A DNA stretch of 36,840 bases from Oscillospiraceae bacterium (GCA_049298835.1 JBAQWI010000170.1:1-36840), one strand, 5' to 3'; counted from the first letter of the stretch, positions 9,469-19,902 are shown. Notes: generated by a model from the sequence alone, not told the origin. A program made the numbers and translations.

Positions 9469-9552
9469 GTGAATAGAATTGGATGTGAAATCATATCATT
9501 AGGTCGCGGTTTTCCAGTAATAGATAAACTTTTGTTTAAGGACGGGTTTTAA
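9469..9552 (+). CDS. 27-aa small ORF (leader peptide or gene remnant) coupled to the flippase
   Basis: AAGGAG RBS 8 nt before GTG; MNRIGCEIISLGRGFPVIDKLLFKDGF*; TAA overlaps the next ATG (TAATG). Confidence 0.4.
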   Translation: MNRIGCEIISLGRGFPVIDKLLFKDGF

Positions 9553-10817
9553 TGAGTATCTTAAATAAGTTTAAGAAAAGTGAATATGCTAAAAATTCCA
9601 CTATTTTGATGGCTGGTACAGTAATCTCTATGGTGTTACAAACATTGTCGGTGTTTTGGCTTGGCAAGTTTTATGCTGACGATATGTGGGGGATATATGA
9701 GTATTTTTGTACTGCCTATTCCATTTTTTTAATTGTCGCTACTGGGCGATATGAGCTTGCAATTATGCTACCAAAAGAAGATAGCGATGGTTTTATGATA
9801 GCGCTTCTTTCAGCAGGCTTGTCTGTTGCATTTTCGATTGTAGCTTCTATTATTCTGTTTATACTTTATCTTTTTGGTATAGAACTTGGCTGGATTATAT
9901 TTTTACCGCTAACGCTTGCAATTTTAGGTGTCTATTATTCCTGTAATTATTGGCTTAATCGCAAGAAAAGATATATTAACCTTGCGATTAATCGAGTGAT
10001 ACAGGGTGTTCTATTTGTGGTATTCAATCTGGGATATGCATTCATTTTATCAGATATACGCTATGGACTAATTTTAGGATATATAAGTGCACAGGGTATT
10101 GTTATGGTTATGCTTATAGTTAGCATGATTGTTGATTATAAGAAGAAAAAATTCAAGCTATCATTTAAAAGAATAAAAGAACTTGCAAAAGAATATATAA
10201 ATTTCCCTAAAATATCTTCTATTTCTGGGGTTATAAACAACGTTGCGGTAAGACTTCCTGTATTGCTATTAGGTTTGTTTGCAGGGAATGCGGTGGTTGG
10301 GCAATATGCAATGATGAGTCGAATACTAGGCGCACCAATTACGGTTATTTCCGAGGCTATCAGAGATGTATTCCGTCAAAAAGCGAGTAAGGAATATGCG
10401 CTAAACCGTGAATGTTGTGGTACTTTTATGGGGACATTCAAGTCGCTTGCGCTAATTGCAATTGTCCCATTCATATTGATAATGCTCGGCGCAAAACCAG
10501 TGCTGAACATATTGTTTGGCGATTTGTGGAATATGGCAGCATACTTCATTATACTAATGGCACCATTTTACTATGTGAAGTTTATTGTGAGTCCACTTAC
10601 ATTTATGACTTACATAGCAAGGCGCCAAAGCTATGACATGAAGTGGCAAATTGTTTTGTGTGTAAGTTCAACTGTTGCCTTTTATTTAGGATATATTTTA
10701 ACAAAAAATCCATACGTTATGCTGTTGTTGTACGGCATTGTGCAAACAATTCTCTATACGGTAAGTTTTAACTACACCAAAAAGCTAGCAAAAGGCGAGT
10801 TTGCAAGAGATGTGTAA
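9552..10817 (+). CDS. wzx: Wzx-type oligosaccharide flippase (MOP superfamily)
   Basis: About 12 hydrophobic segments, TGRYELAIMLPKE motif, location in polysaccharide cluster. Confidence 0.85.
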   Translation: MSILNKFKKSEYAKNSTILMAGTVISMVLQTLSVFWLGKFYADDMWGIYEYFCTAYSIFLIVATGRYELAIMLPKEDSDGFMIALLSAGLSVAFSIVASIILFILYLFGIELGWIIFLPLTLAILGVYYSCNYWLNRKKRYINLAINRVIQGVLFVVFNLGYAFILSDIRYGLILGYISAQGIVMVMLIVSMIVDYKKKKFKLSFKRIKELAKEYINFPKISSISGVINNVAVRLPVLLLGLFAGNAVVGQYAMMSRILGAPITVISEAIRDVFRQKASKEYALNRECCGTFMGTFKSLALIAIVPFILIMLGAKPVLNILFGDLWNMAAYFIILMAPFYYVKFIVSPLTFMTYIARRQSYDMKWQIVLCVSSTVAFYLGYILTKNPYVMLLLYGIVQTILYTVSFNYTKKLAKGEFARDV

Positions 10818-10840
10818 AAGAAAGAAAGTGAAAAAATTCT

Positions 10841-11776
10841 ATGAAGCTGTTTGATTTTATGTTACTAATGAAAAAAAGAAAAAAATTAGTTTTTTCAGTT
10901 GTCTCAATTTCGTTTATAGCCATGTTGCTATTTACAATATTTTTTAATCATGTCGATTATGAAATTTCCTCAACATTTAAGCTTGAAGGAAATATTCTGC
11001 TTACTACAAGTGGCATAATTACAACAAATGAAAAAAACTTTAACACAATTGATTTGAAGCTTAATCAGCTTGACGATAAATCTGCTATGGAATATGTGCA
11101 GAACAACAAGAACTTTTTTGATGAAGTCAACATGGTTGACTATCAACAAGTGATTTTCAATTTAAACTCCAAAGAGTTTACGAATTCTGAAATTAACTCC
11201 TATTCATTTAAGTTATATTTAGCCGATCGAAATATAATTACAGGATTTGAACAAGTGAATATTGTGGAACAAAACGAAGCATTGACAATTAGAGTGACTT
11301 CAGATACTGCGAAGAAAACAAAAGAAATATACGATAATATTATTGCTTGTATGCCTACTTATATTGAAGATAGAATTAAACAAAAGGTAGCAACTGCAAA
11401 TACGGCGCTTAAAAATTCAATTACAAGCGATCAAAATCAAGCTGACCGTTTAATAAATCAATATGCCGCTCTAAAGAAGAATACGGGGCTTGCTGATATT
11501 GTTAATCTAAACAAAGGGATAGGAATATTAAATTCATTGTCGAGTTTGTCTCATGATATTAATGTAAATAGTAGTGTAGCAAATAAGTTTGAAAGACTAT
11601 TGTCAAATGAAATTGCACCTGAACTAGTAATAAAGAATGCAGACTTTTCAGGGCTGAAACTTACAAAAACGTTGATATCATATACGATTATTGAAATTAT
11701 TGCATCTATCCTAATAGGATTTTTGGCTGTATTTATTGCTGAATGTTATACCAAATCAAAGAAGATTATTAAATAG
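10841..11776 (+). CDS. Wzz-like polysaccharide co-polymerase (chain-length determinant), divergent
   Basis: Hydrophobic helix near each terminus flanking a soluble helical domain; MKLFDFMLLMKKRKKLV start resembles Wzz N-termini; cluster context. Confidence 0.55.
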   Translation: MKLFDFMLLMKKRKKLVFSVVSISFIAMLLFTIFFNHVDYEISSTFKLEGNILLTTSGIITTNEKNFNTIDLKLNQLDDKSAMEYVQNNKNFFDEVNMVDYQQVIFNLNSKEFTNSEINSYSFKLYLADRNIITGFEQVNIVEQNEALTIRVTSDTAKKTKEIYDNIIACMPTYIEDRIKQKVATANTALKNSITSDQNQADRLINQYAALKKNTGLADIVNLNKGIGILNSLSSLSHDINVNSSVANKFERLLSNEIAPELVIKNADFSGLKLTKTLISYTIIEIIASILIGFLAVFIAECYTKSKKIIK

Positions 11777-11798
11777 AACAAAAGTGTAAAGAATTAGT

Positions 11799-13175
11799 AT
11801 GAAAGAGGGTGGTGGAGATTTGCAACGCAAGCAACAAAAGTTATTTCTTCACAATGACTTAAAGTGGGAAATGGATAGTGCATCATACGGTTCATTAGAA
11901 AACAGTGTTTTAGATATTAAAATCAAAAGTGTTGTATTTTATTTAGCGATTCTTACCTTTAAGCTTTTACTAGATTTAGCGTATGTAAAAATTATTTTCC
12001 CACAGTATGAATATATGGGTTTCGTTTTCGTAGATAACGGTATGAAGGTTTTTTCAGGGCTAATATTATTTTTTCTTATGATGTTTTTTATTCCAACTAA
12101 GCTAGATAAGCCGTCAAATATCTTGAGTATCTGCCTAATAATTATCACATATATACCCGCACTTACAATTTTTTCTTACGGAGATGCTACTTACGGTTTC
12201 ATGTTTATGAATACGGTTTTTTGGATTATTTTGCTCTTAATCATAAAATTCCTACCAACTATAAGTCTACCAAAACCTAATTCTAAAGCGTGTAAAATCA
12301 TTTTTTTATTAATCGTATCTTTAATTTGTTTGTATTGCTGTTATTTCGTGATTAGAACATTTGGAGTTAACTTTAATTTTGATATATTAGATGTTTATAA
12401 TCAAAGAGAAAAATATAAAGAAGCAAATATACCTTTTTCTGCATACCTGTTTACCTGGTCATCAAATGTAATTCTGCCGATGGGATTTATGTATCTTATC
12501 GTTAAAAAGAAATACTTACTATCGATAATTCCAATTATTTCACAATTATTACTATTTTCAGCAACAGGAATGAAATCTATGCTTTTTACAATACCAATTG
12601 TATTAATTTTTGCAATATTCTTAAAGCTAAAAGATGTAAGCTTGTACTTAATGATAACTCTTGTATTAGCTAGTGTATTTTGTATTGTAGCATACAGTTT
12701 TTTTGATGAAATTCTACCAATATCATTATTGCTTAGACGGGTATTCCTTGTGCCAGCAAGAATCTCACAGTACTACTTTGATTTTTTTATTGAGGCAGGG
12801 CAGATACAACTTTCGCACAGCATTTTTTCTGGTATTTCAAATTATAGATTTGAGGCAGAGCCAGCGCAGTTTATCAGCAAAATTTTTGTAGGAAGTACTT
12901 CAAATTTTAACAGTGGTATTGTCGCTGATGGGTTTTCTAATTTTGGTTTTATCGGTGTATTTTGTTGGAGCATATTTACAGCATTTGTACTAAAACTTTT
13001 GGATGCTGTGTCAAAAGACAAGAATAAAGCCATAGTAATTGCAGGCATCATCATGTTTATATCTTCACTATCTAATTCAGCTTTAATTACCAATCTTGGA
13101 ACCCATGGAGTGACTATAGCTATATTTATGATTTATATTTTACCACCGGAGCAAAAAAAGGGAGCTAATATATGA
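11799..13175 (+). CDS. Putative Wzy-type polysaccharide polymerase
   Basis: More than 10 TM segments, RRVFLVPA and NSGIVADGFSNFGFIG motifs; true start may be TTG near 11820 (GGTGGAG upstream). Confidence 0.7.
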   Translation: MKEGGGDLQRKQQKLFLHNDLKWEMDSASYGSLENSVLDIKIKSVVFYLAILTFKLLLDLAYVKIIFPQYEYMGFVFVDNGMKVFSGLILFFLMMFFIPTKLDKPSNILSICLIIITYIPALTIFSYGDATYGFMFMNTVFWIILLLIIKFLPTISLPKPNSKACKIIFLLIVSLICLYCCYFVIRTFGVNFNFDILDVYNQREKYKEANIPFSAYLFTWSSNVILPMGFMYLIVKKKYLLSIIPIISQLLLFSATGMKSMLFTIPIVLIFAIFLKLKDVSLYLMITLVLASVFCIVAYSFFDEILPISLLLRRVFLVPARISQYYFDFFIEAGQIQLSHSIFSGISNYRFEAEPAQFISKIFVGSTSNFNSGIVADGFSNFGFIGVFCWSIFTAFVLKLLDAVSKDKNKAIVIAGIIMFISSLSNSALITNLGTHGVTIAIFMIYILPPEQKKGANI

Positions 13176-14293
13176 AAATCTGCATAATGACAAGCGTACA
13201 TCATTATGATGACGTTAGAATTTACCATAAAGAAGCGCAAACCTTAAGAGCACAAGGTTTTGAGGTAACAATTATCTGTCCTGATTTTGAGGGCACAGAT
13301 AAAAATGGCATTGAGTTTGTAAGAGTTGATATGCCAAACTCTAGATTTGCAAGAATTATCACAGCGCCATTTCGCTTTTTAAAAGCGGCGAAAAAAGTAA
13401 ATGCTAAGAGTTATCACTTCCATGATCCAGAACTAATTCTCACAGGCATTTTTCTTAAAAAAAATGCAAAGGTTATCTATGATATCCATGAGGATGTCCC
13501 TAGACAAATTCTAACTAAGCCTTATTTAAAGCCATTTATTGCAAAGATTTCTTCAAGAATTGTAGAGAGTTTTGAGAATTATGGAGCAAGACAGTTTTAT
13601 GCAATTATAGCGGCTGCGCCAGTTATCTATGACCGCATGATAAAGCAAAATAAGAACACCATATTAGTCTGTAATTATCCGAAACTTGAAGAGTTTGAGG
13701 ACATGTCAAATGACGGCAAAACTCGTGAAAATAAAGTTTGCTATATTGGTGGAATTACAAAAATTCGTGGCATATTTGAAATGGTTGATGCTGTAAATGA
13801 TTTAGATGTAAAACTTGTGTTGGCAGGAGCATTTGAAACTGATGCCTTGAAAAAACAAGCCGAGCAAAGACCAGGCTATCAAAATGTTGATTATAAGGGC
13901 TTTTTAAATAGAGAAGAAATAAGAGAGGTATTGTCCACCTCAAAAGCGGGATTGGTAACGCTTTATCCAACACCTACATATATGCTGTCATTACCAATAA
14001 AAATGTTTGAGTATATGATTGCAGAAATTCCTGTAATTGCATCTGATTTTCCATATTGGCAGGATATTGTAGATGATGCAAAGTGTGGGTTGTGCATAAA
14101 TCCACTTGACGTTAATGAGATTAAAGCAGCAATTGCCTATATTATAAAGAATGATGATATTGCCCAGGAAATGGGACAAAATGGCAGAAGAATGGTGCTT
14201 GAAAAGTACAACTGGGACATAGAAAAGAAGAAATTAATTATACTATATAACTTTCAAAGTGATTCCATAAAACATAAGGAAAAAGTGGTATAG
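13172..14293 (+). CDS. GT4 family glycosyltransferase
   Basis: TSVHHYDDVRIYHKE, YHFHDPEL, YDIHED, PIKMFEYMIAEIPVIASDF; ATGA overlap with the upstream gene. Confidence 0.9.
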   Translation: MKICIMTSVHHYDDVRIYHKEAQTLRAQGFEVTIICPDFEGTDKNGIEFVRVDMPNSRFARIITAPFRFLKAAKKVNAKSYHFHDPELILTGIFLKKNAKVIYDIHEDVPRQILTKPYLKPFIAKISSRIVESFENYGARQFYAIIAAAPVIYDRMIKQNKNTILVCNYPKLEEFEDMSNDGKTRENKVCYIGGITKIRGIFEMVDAVNDLDVKLVLAGAFETDALKKQAEQRPGYQNVDYKGFLNREEIREVLSTSKAGLVTLYPTPTYMLSLPIKMFEYMIAEIPVIASDFPYWQDIVDDAKCGLCINPLDVNEIKAAIAYIIKNDDIAQEMGQNGRRMVLEKYNWDIEKKKLIILYNFQSDSIKHKEKVV

Positions 14294-14319
14294 AAAATAC
14301 TAGAAATGGGGTCAAAACT

Positions 14320-15558
14320 GTGAATATAATGATTATTAATCACTATGCAGGTAGCGATAAATACGGTATGGAGTTTCGACCTTTTTATCTGTCGCGTGAA
14401 CTTGTGAAGCTAGGGCACGATGTTACTGTAATTGCTGCCGATTGCTCGCATCTTAGAAAGAATAACCCTGTAATTGACAAGAGTTTTACAGAGGAAATAA
14501 TTGAATCTGTGCGATATGTATTTCTGAGAACTGTAAAGTATCAAAGAAATAATGTAAAGCGTATTTTAAATATGATGAGCTTTTTGCTCCAATTAAAAAT
14601 GAACAGTAAAATGCTATATAAAAGGTACTTGCCTGATATTATAATAGCGTCTTCTACATATCCTTATGACGTTAAGTCTGCAAAAAACATAGCGAAATTT
14701 GGGGAAAATACGAAAGTATGCTATGAAATTCATGATATATGGCCACTTTCGTTAATTGAAATTTATAAAATTAATCCTAAAAACCCTTATATGAAGAGTT
14801 TGCAAAGGGCAGAGAACTTTGCCTATAACAATGCTGATTTGGTAGTCTCTATTTTGCCTGATGTAAATCGTCACATAGAGGAGTTGGGATTTTACAATAC
14901 AAATTATGTGCATATTCCTAACGGCATAATTGTGGATGATAAAAGTAATTTGCCCGCCCCTAATTTTATCCTAGATGAGGTTAAACAGCTTAAAGCTAAG
15001 GGCAAGTTTATACTGATGTATCTAGGTGGTTTTTCACAGGCAAACGCATTAGATGATTTGTTTGATAGTGCAAAGAAAATGCCCGAAGAAGTACAAATTA
15101 TGATGGTGGGGGATGGACCCCTAAAAGAACAATATAAAGAAAAAATCAAGTTAAATTCTATCACAAACATTTCATTGATGGAGTCTGTGCTGAAATCACA
15201 GGTAAACAGCACACTAAAGCTTGCAGATACACTATATATTGGCGCAAAACGTACAAAGCTTTATCAATATGGCGTTGGCATGAATAAAATATTCGATTAT
15301 ATGCTCGCTAAAAGGCCAATACTCTATGGAATAGAGGCATCAAACAATATGATAACTGATGCAAGTTGTGGCATAACAATTGAGCCAGAGAGTGCTGAGG
15401 CGATTGTAGAGGGCACCAAACAACTACTTTCACAAAATGAGAGTTCACTTAATGCAATGGGACAAAATGGTTATGAATATGTCCTTGAAAACCATGACTA
15501 TACAAAACTTGCAAAGCGTTTTATAGATGCGATAAATGGATGCGGAGGTCAAGAATGA
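14320..15558 (+). CDS. GT4 family glycosyltransferase (WbuB-like)
   Basis: INHYAGS, YEIHDIWPLSL, HIPNG, NKIFDYMLAKRPI. Confidence 0.9.
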   Translation: MNIMIINHYAGSDKYGMEFRPFYLSRELVKLGHDVTVIAADCSHLRKNNPVIDKSFTEEIIESVRYVFLRTVKYQRNNVKRILNMMSFLLQLKMNSKMLYKRYLPDIIIASSTYPYDVKSAKNIAKFGENTKVCYEIHDIWPLSLIEIYKINPKNPYMKSLQRAENFAYNNADLVVSILPDVNRHIEELGFYNTNYVHIPNGIIVDDKSNLPAPNFILDEVKQLKAKGKFILMYLGGFSQANALDDLFDSAKKMPEEVQIMMVGDGPLKEQYKEKIKLNSITNISLMESVLKSQVNSTLKLADTLYIGAKRTKLYQYGVGMNKIFDYMLAKRPILYGIEASNNMITDASCGITIEPESAEAIVEGTKQLLSQNESSLNAMGQNGYEYVLENHDYTKLAKRFIDAINGCGGQE

Positions 15559-16241
15559 ATATCTCAAAGTTTGAGCAACTGCCAAAAAAAATGCAAAATG
15601 TGGCAGTAAAACAGTATTATGATATTGTGAAAACAAAGCAGACAACATTAACAGTTAAACACATTATTGATGTTTTAATTTGCGGAATAATATTTATAAT
15701 CACACTACCGTTTTTTATAACATTTTCAGTGTTAATTAAACTTACATCAACTGGTCCTGTATTGTTTAAGCAGGAGAGAATAGGCAAAGATTTAAAAACT
15801 TTTCATATATTGAAGTTTAGAACAATGGTGAAAGATGCTGATAAAAAGGGAATACAACTTACTACTGGTAATGATAGCCGTATTACTCCTTTTGGTAAGT
15901 TTTTGCGTGGTATTAATATGGATGAAATGCCACAGCTAATTAACGTTATAAAAGGTGATATGTCCATCATTGGAACTCGTCCAGAGGTTAAGCGTTATGT
16001 GGATGTTTATACGGATGAGATGTTGGCAACACTTTTAATTAAACCTGGAATGGTAAGTTTAGCGAGTGTAAAATATAAAAATGAAAACGATATGCTTACC
16101 TTGGCAAGCAATCCAGAACAAGTTTATATTGATGATATTTTGCCCGATAAAATGAAATATAATTTGGAATATTTGAGCTGTTTAAGTCTTAAAAAAGATT
16201 TTTTGATTCTAGGAAAAACAATAGCTTGCGTATTTAAATAA
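15555..16241 (+). CDS. Initiating sugar transferase (undecaprenyl-phosphate phosphoglycosyltransferase)
   Basis: GPVLFKQERIG, KFRTM, DSRITPFGKFLR, DEMPQLINVIKGDMSIIGTRPE; start moved to ATG 15555 (GGAGG RBS, ATGA overlap). Confidence 0.92.
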   Translation: MNISKFEQLPKKMQNVAVKQYYDIVKTKQTTLTVKHIIDVLICGIIFIITLPFFITFSVLIKLTSTGPVLFKQERIGKDLKTFHILKFRTMVKDADKKGIQLTTGNDSRITPFGKFLRGINMDEMPQLINVIKGDMSIIGTRPEVKRYVDVYTDEMLATLLIKPGMVSLASVKYKNENDMLTLASNPEQVYIDDILPDKMKYNLEYLSCLSLKKDFLILGKTIACVFK

Positions 16242-16282
16242 GATATGTTATTAAATTGTAATCAAAATGGCTGAATTTTAAT

Positions 16283-16311
16283 TTGTAATTAGTATCACTT
16301 TGTATTATAAT
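16283..16311 (+). promoter_or_regulatory. Putative sigma-A promoter
   Basis: TTGTAA-17 bp-TATAAT upstream of AAGGAG and ATG 16341. Confidence 0.5.
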
Positions 16312-16340
16312 AAGGATACAAATAGTAAGGAGTAGAAAGT

Positions 16341-17279
16341 ATGCAACAAAGAGTCAAAAGGCAAACAAAGCTAAAAAAAACGCCGTTGTTTGTACTACTA
16401 GGTATGATACTCATTGTGATTTGTATTATTGTGGCAATATTTATAGGTTTTATGAAAGCGGATATTAGTTCTCAGTCTTCTAATTTATTAAGCTTAGTTG
16501 AAACCTCTTCAAATGCATCTTCTCAAGTGTCATCTGGAACTTCTTCAACCGTTTCTTCTGAAATTCCTCCAAGCTCAAATACGCAAGTTCAAGCTACAAA
16601 AGAAGTTCAAGTGAAAATTGTAGTTCCTGAAACTGTACCAGTTGGAGATGATTATTTCAAAGATGCACTTTTTATTGGTGACTCAATTTCAAAAGGTTTG
16701 AAGGTTTATGGAGTTGTGCCAGAATCTAATGTACTTGCTGACCAAAATGTAGGGCTCGATCAAATTTACAATAACAAAGATGTCTATTATATTTCAGCAA
16801 AAGTAAAAACGACTTTGTGGAAAGCAATTGAAAAAAAGATTCCAAATCCGAAGAAAATATATGTGTTGTTGGGCTCAAATGGTATTCCAGGCTATGAAAA
16901 TGACTATCATATGAAGTTCTATAACGACTTAGTTGATAAACTTAAAGCAAAATATCCCGATGCCATTATTTATATTCAATCTGTCACTCCAATAACTAAG
17001 AATTCAGAGTATATTAGAAAGACATTTTCAACTGCAAAAATTAATGATTTAAACAAAATGATATTGAAAATGGCAGAGGATAAGTCAGTTTATCACCTTA
17101 ATATTGAGCAAATACTAAAGGACAAAAATGGCTATCTGAAAGCAGAGTATGCTGCCACTGACGGTATTCATTTGAAAAAAGAAGGACATGCTGCCGTTTA
17201 CAAATACTACAAAAATCATACTGTAACCAAAGAGGGTATGGCGACAATTATTGATAAAGACCCCAATAAAGGAGAATAA
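16341..17279 (+). CDS. Membrane-anchored SGNH/GDSL hydrolase-family protein
   Basis: N-terminal TM, Ser-rich linker, FIGDSI (block I), LLGSN (block III), DGIH (block V). Confidence 0.85.
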   Translation: MQQRVKRQTKLKKTPLFVLLGMILIVICIIVAIFIGFMKADISSQSSNLLSLVETSSNASSQVSSGTSSTVSSEIPPSSNTQVQATKEVQVKIVVPETVPVGDDYFKDALFIGDSISKGLKVYGVVPESNVLADQNVGLDQIYNNKDVYYISAKVKTTLWKAIEKKIPNPKKIYVLLGSNGIPGYENDYHMKFYNDLVDKLKAKYPDAIIYIQSVTPITKNSEYIRKTFSTAKINDLNKMILKMAEDKSVYHLNIEQILKDKNGYLKAEYAATDGIHLKKEGHAAVYKYYKNHTVTKEGMATIIDKDPNKGE

Positions 17280-17282
17280 TTT

Positions 17283-17741
17283 ATGAGAAGAGCATTGGTA
17301 GCCTTAATGGCATTAATTATGACGTTTACGTTTGCAGGTTGTTCCACTGAAAAAAAGACAGTGGATATCCCTACTATAATGAAAACGATTCGGAGTGAAA
17401 TTGATTTACCAGATATGGCTGATATAACAAAAGACCGCATTTCTGGATATTATGAAATTAACCCAGACGATATTGCTAACATAGCCTATATCATTGCAGG
17501 AAGCGGAGCAACAGCGGATGAAATTCTCATTATAGAGATGATTGATGATTCTAAGGTTGCTGAAGTAAAAACGATGATGGAAGATAGAAAAAAACAGATT
17601 TCTGATTTGTTTGAAACTTATGCTCCAAATGAGATGCCAAAAGTTGAAAGTTGTATAATAGAAACCAAAGGCAACTTTGCATTTTTTGCAATCTGCAACG
17701 ATAATGCAAAAGCTAAAAAGATATTCACAGATTCTTTTTAA
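17283..17741 (+). CDS. DUF4358-like lipoprotein
   Basis: Lipobox FAGC; ADEILII, FETYAPNE, GNFAFFAI motifs. Confidence 0.75.
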   Translation: MRRALVALMALIMTFTFAGCSTEKKTVDIPTIMKTIRSEIDLPDMADITKDRISGYYEINPDDIANIAYIIAGSGATADEILIIEMIDDSKVAEVKTMMEDRKKQISDLFETYAPNEMPKVESCIIETKGNFAFFAICNDNAKAKKIFTDSF

Positions 17742-17809
17742 ATTTTATATACTAAATCGATCATTATCTAGTATAATGATTAGTAGCGTAGTTAAAATGA
17801 AAATTCATT

Positions 17810-17844
17810 CGCAAGCATTTAATTAATAATAATGCTTGCGTTTT
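17810..17844 (+). terminator. Probable intrinsic terminator
   Basis: CGCAAGCATT-N11-AATGCTTGCG followed by TTTT. Confidence 0.55.
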
Positions 17845-17883
17845 GTCTAAGTGTAGTATAATTAAATTTGAGGTGGTATCGAA

Positions 17884-18237
17884 ATGTTAGTAGAATCAAT
17901 TTGCATAATATTAATTTTAACAATTATGGTGTTTATATTTATGAGGAGTGGAAGGAGAGACTTTGCGTTAGCCACAGCGCCACTGCTTATAGTTCCATTT
18001 TTTCATACAGTATCAAATTTAGCTTATGATGTGTTTAAAATTGCTATTAGCGTCAATGTTAAGGCTGGTGCAGATGTGCTTGGGCTTGCTATTGCAGTAG
18101 CCTTAATGGGGGTTATTTCAAGCACGCATAAAACAAAAGCATCAAAGCTTGGATATCTACTAATATCAGGTGGGTTTACCACACTGCTGACTATTATATT
18201 TATCTGTAACTATTATTCATACTTAATTGAAAGATGA
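17884..18237 (+). CDS. Hypothetical 4-TM membrane protein
   Basis: GAGGTG RBS, 117 aa, four hydrophobic segments. Confidence 0.75.
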   Translation: MLVESICIILILTIMVFIFMRSGRRDFALATAPLLIVPFFHTVSNLAYDVFKIAISVNVKAGADVLGLAIAVALMGVISSTHKTKASKLGYLLISGGFTTLLTIIFICNYYSYLIER

Positions 18238-19883
18238 GGGACATAATGAAAAAGAAACCTATTATTTTTGTAGTAATGACTGTTTTAGTTGGTCTGTATG
18301 TGTTTTTTGCAGCACCAAATCTAAATCCACTTTATGCTGATGGAGCATTCTTTTGGCTTGTACTTATATCCGCATACTTACTTGTTGCAACCGTAACAAG
18401 CTTCAGTATTTCGCAATTTGTTGATAACAAAGGAAGAGCAGTAACTAATTTTGATAAATCAAAGCTTCCTAAAAAATGGGTGCTTATAACACTTGGGGTA
18501 CTATGGGTATCATTCTTTTTAGTACAGTTTATATTTACTCCGTTACTATTTTCTAAAAGCTATAAAAATCAAATGAAAGACCCAGTGGAAAAAGAGTTTA
18601 CATCTGAGGTCCAACCCGTAGATATTAATCAAATACCTATCGTAGATAAAGAGTTAGCAGCAAATTTAGCTGATAAAAAACTAGGCGAAAAGCCATCACT
18701 AGGTAGTCAGGTTGTGTTAGGTGAGCCTACTATGCAAAATGTAAATGGGGAATTAATGTGGGTAGTGCCACTTCAACATTCAGGATTTTTCAAATGGCTT
18801 GCAAATCTCAATGGTGCAGCAGGATATATCAAGGTTTCTGCAACTAACTTAAAAAATGTTGAATATGTTGATGAGTATAAAATAAAAATTCAGCCACAGT
18901 CATATTTCTTGCACGACTTGACAAGAAAAGTTAGGTTTTCTGGAGGTTTATTTGACGGTATAACAGATTATTCATTTGAACTTGATGATACTGGAAAACC
19001 ACACTGGGTAGTAACTACCTATAAAAACACTTGTGGGTTTAGTTTACCAGAGGCTACAGGGGTAGTTATTGTTGATGCCCAAAATGGTGCAACTGAAAAA
19101 TATTCTGTCTCTGATGTTCCAACTTGGGTAGATAGAGTTCAGCCTGAAGATTTTATTGTCAATCAGATTAACAATAAAGGCAAGTACGTTCATGGAGTTT
19201 TCAATTTCTCGAACAAAGAAAAATATAAAATTTCTCCAGGAACAAATATCATCTATAATGATGGTAGATGCTACTTGTTTACAGGAATAACAAGCGTTGG
19301 TGCTGATAATAGTGCCACAGGATTTTATATGGTAGATATGGTTACAAAAGAGTCAATTCTTTATCGTATGAGCGGTGCAACTGAAGAATCAGGACAACGC
19401 TCTGCACAAGGTAAGGTTCAAGATTTAGGGTATATGGCTACTGCGCCACTGTTGGTAAACGTTTATGACCAACCAACCTACTTTATGACATTAAAAGACT
19501 CTGCACAACTTATCAAAAAGTATGCGTTTGTTTCAGTAAAAGATTATAGCTTAGTTGGAGTTGGCGATACAATGAAAGAGGCTCAAGGTGATTATGCTAA
19601 GGTTATGAAGGATAGTTCTGATAAACCAATATTTGGTAAAGACGCAGTAGAAGAAGAATATTTGGCTTTAACAGGAATTATTGATCGTATTAACTTTACA
19701 ATTAATGGTGAAGATACTATCTGTAGTTTCACTCTTGATGGTGTGCCAAATAAAATTTTTATGGTAAATCTTTCAATAAGCAATAAACTATCGCTAACAC
19801 AAAAAGGGGATAGTGTTTCAATTAAGTACTACGAAAATTCAGGCAACTTTATTGTTACTGAATTTAACAATCAAACACTCTAA
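18234..19883 (+). CDS. Hypothetical membrane-anchored protein with large extracytoplasmic domain
   Basis: 549-aa ORF, three N-terminal TM segments followed by a beta-rich soluble region; alternative start 18246 (GAGGG RBS). Confidence 0.8.
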   Translation: MRDIMKKKPIIFVVMTVLVGLYVFFAAPNLNPLYADGAFFWLVLISAYLLVATVTSFSISQFVDNKGRAVTNFDKSKLPKKWVLITLGVLWVSFFLVQFIFTPLLFSKSYKNQMKDPVEKEFTSEVQPVDINQIPIVDKELAANLADKKLGEKPSLGSQVVLGEPTMQNVNGELMWVVPLQHSGFFKWLANLNGAAGYIKVSATNLKNVEYVDEYKIKIQPQSYFLHDLTRKVRFSGGLFDGITDYSFELDDTGKPHWVVTTYKNTCGFSLPEATGVVIVDAQNGATEKYSVSDVPTWVDRVQPEDFIVNQINNKGKYVHGVFNFSNKEKYKISPGTNIIYNDGRCYLFTGITSVGADNSATGFYMVDMVTKESILYRMSGATEESGQRSAQGKVQDLGYMATAPLLVNVYDQPTYFMTLKDSAQLIKKYAFVSVKDYSLVGVGDTMKEAQGDYAKVMKDSSDKPIFGKDAVEEEYLALTGIIDRINFTINGEDTICSFTLDGVPNKIFMVNLSISNKLSLTQKGDSVSIKYYENSGNFIVTEFNNQTL

Positions 19884-19902
19884 ATAATAATTGTAATAGA
19901 TA

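Noticed and set aside
16465..16580. Low-complexity TCT/TCA-rich stretch
   Set aside because: Encodes the Ser-rich linker of the SGNH protein; not an independent DNA repeat.
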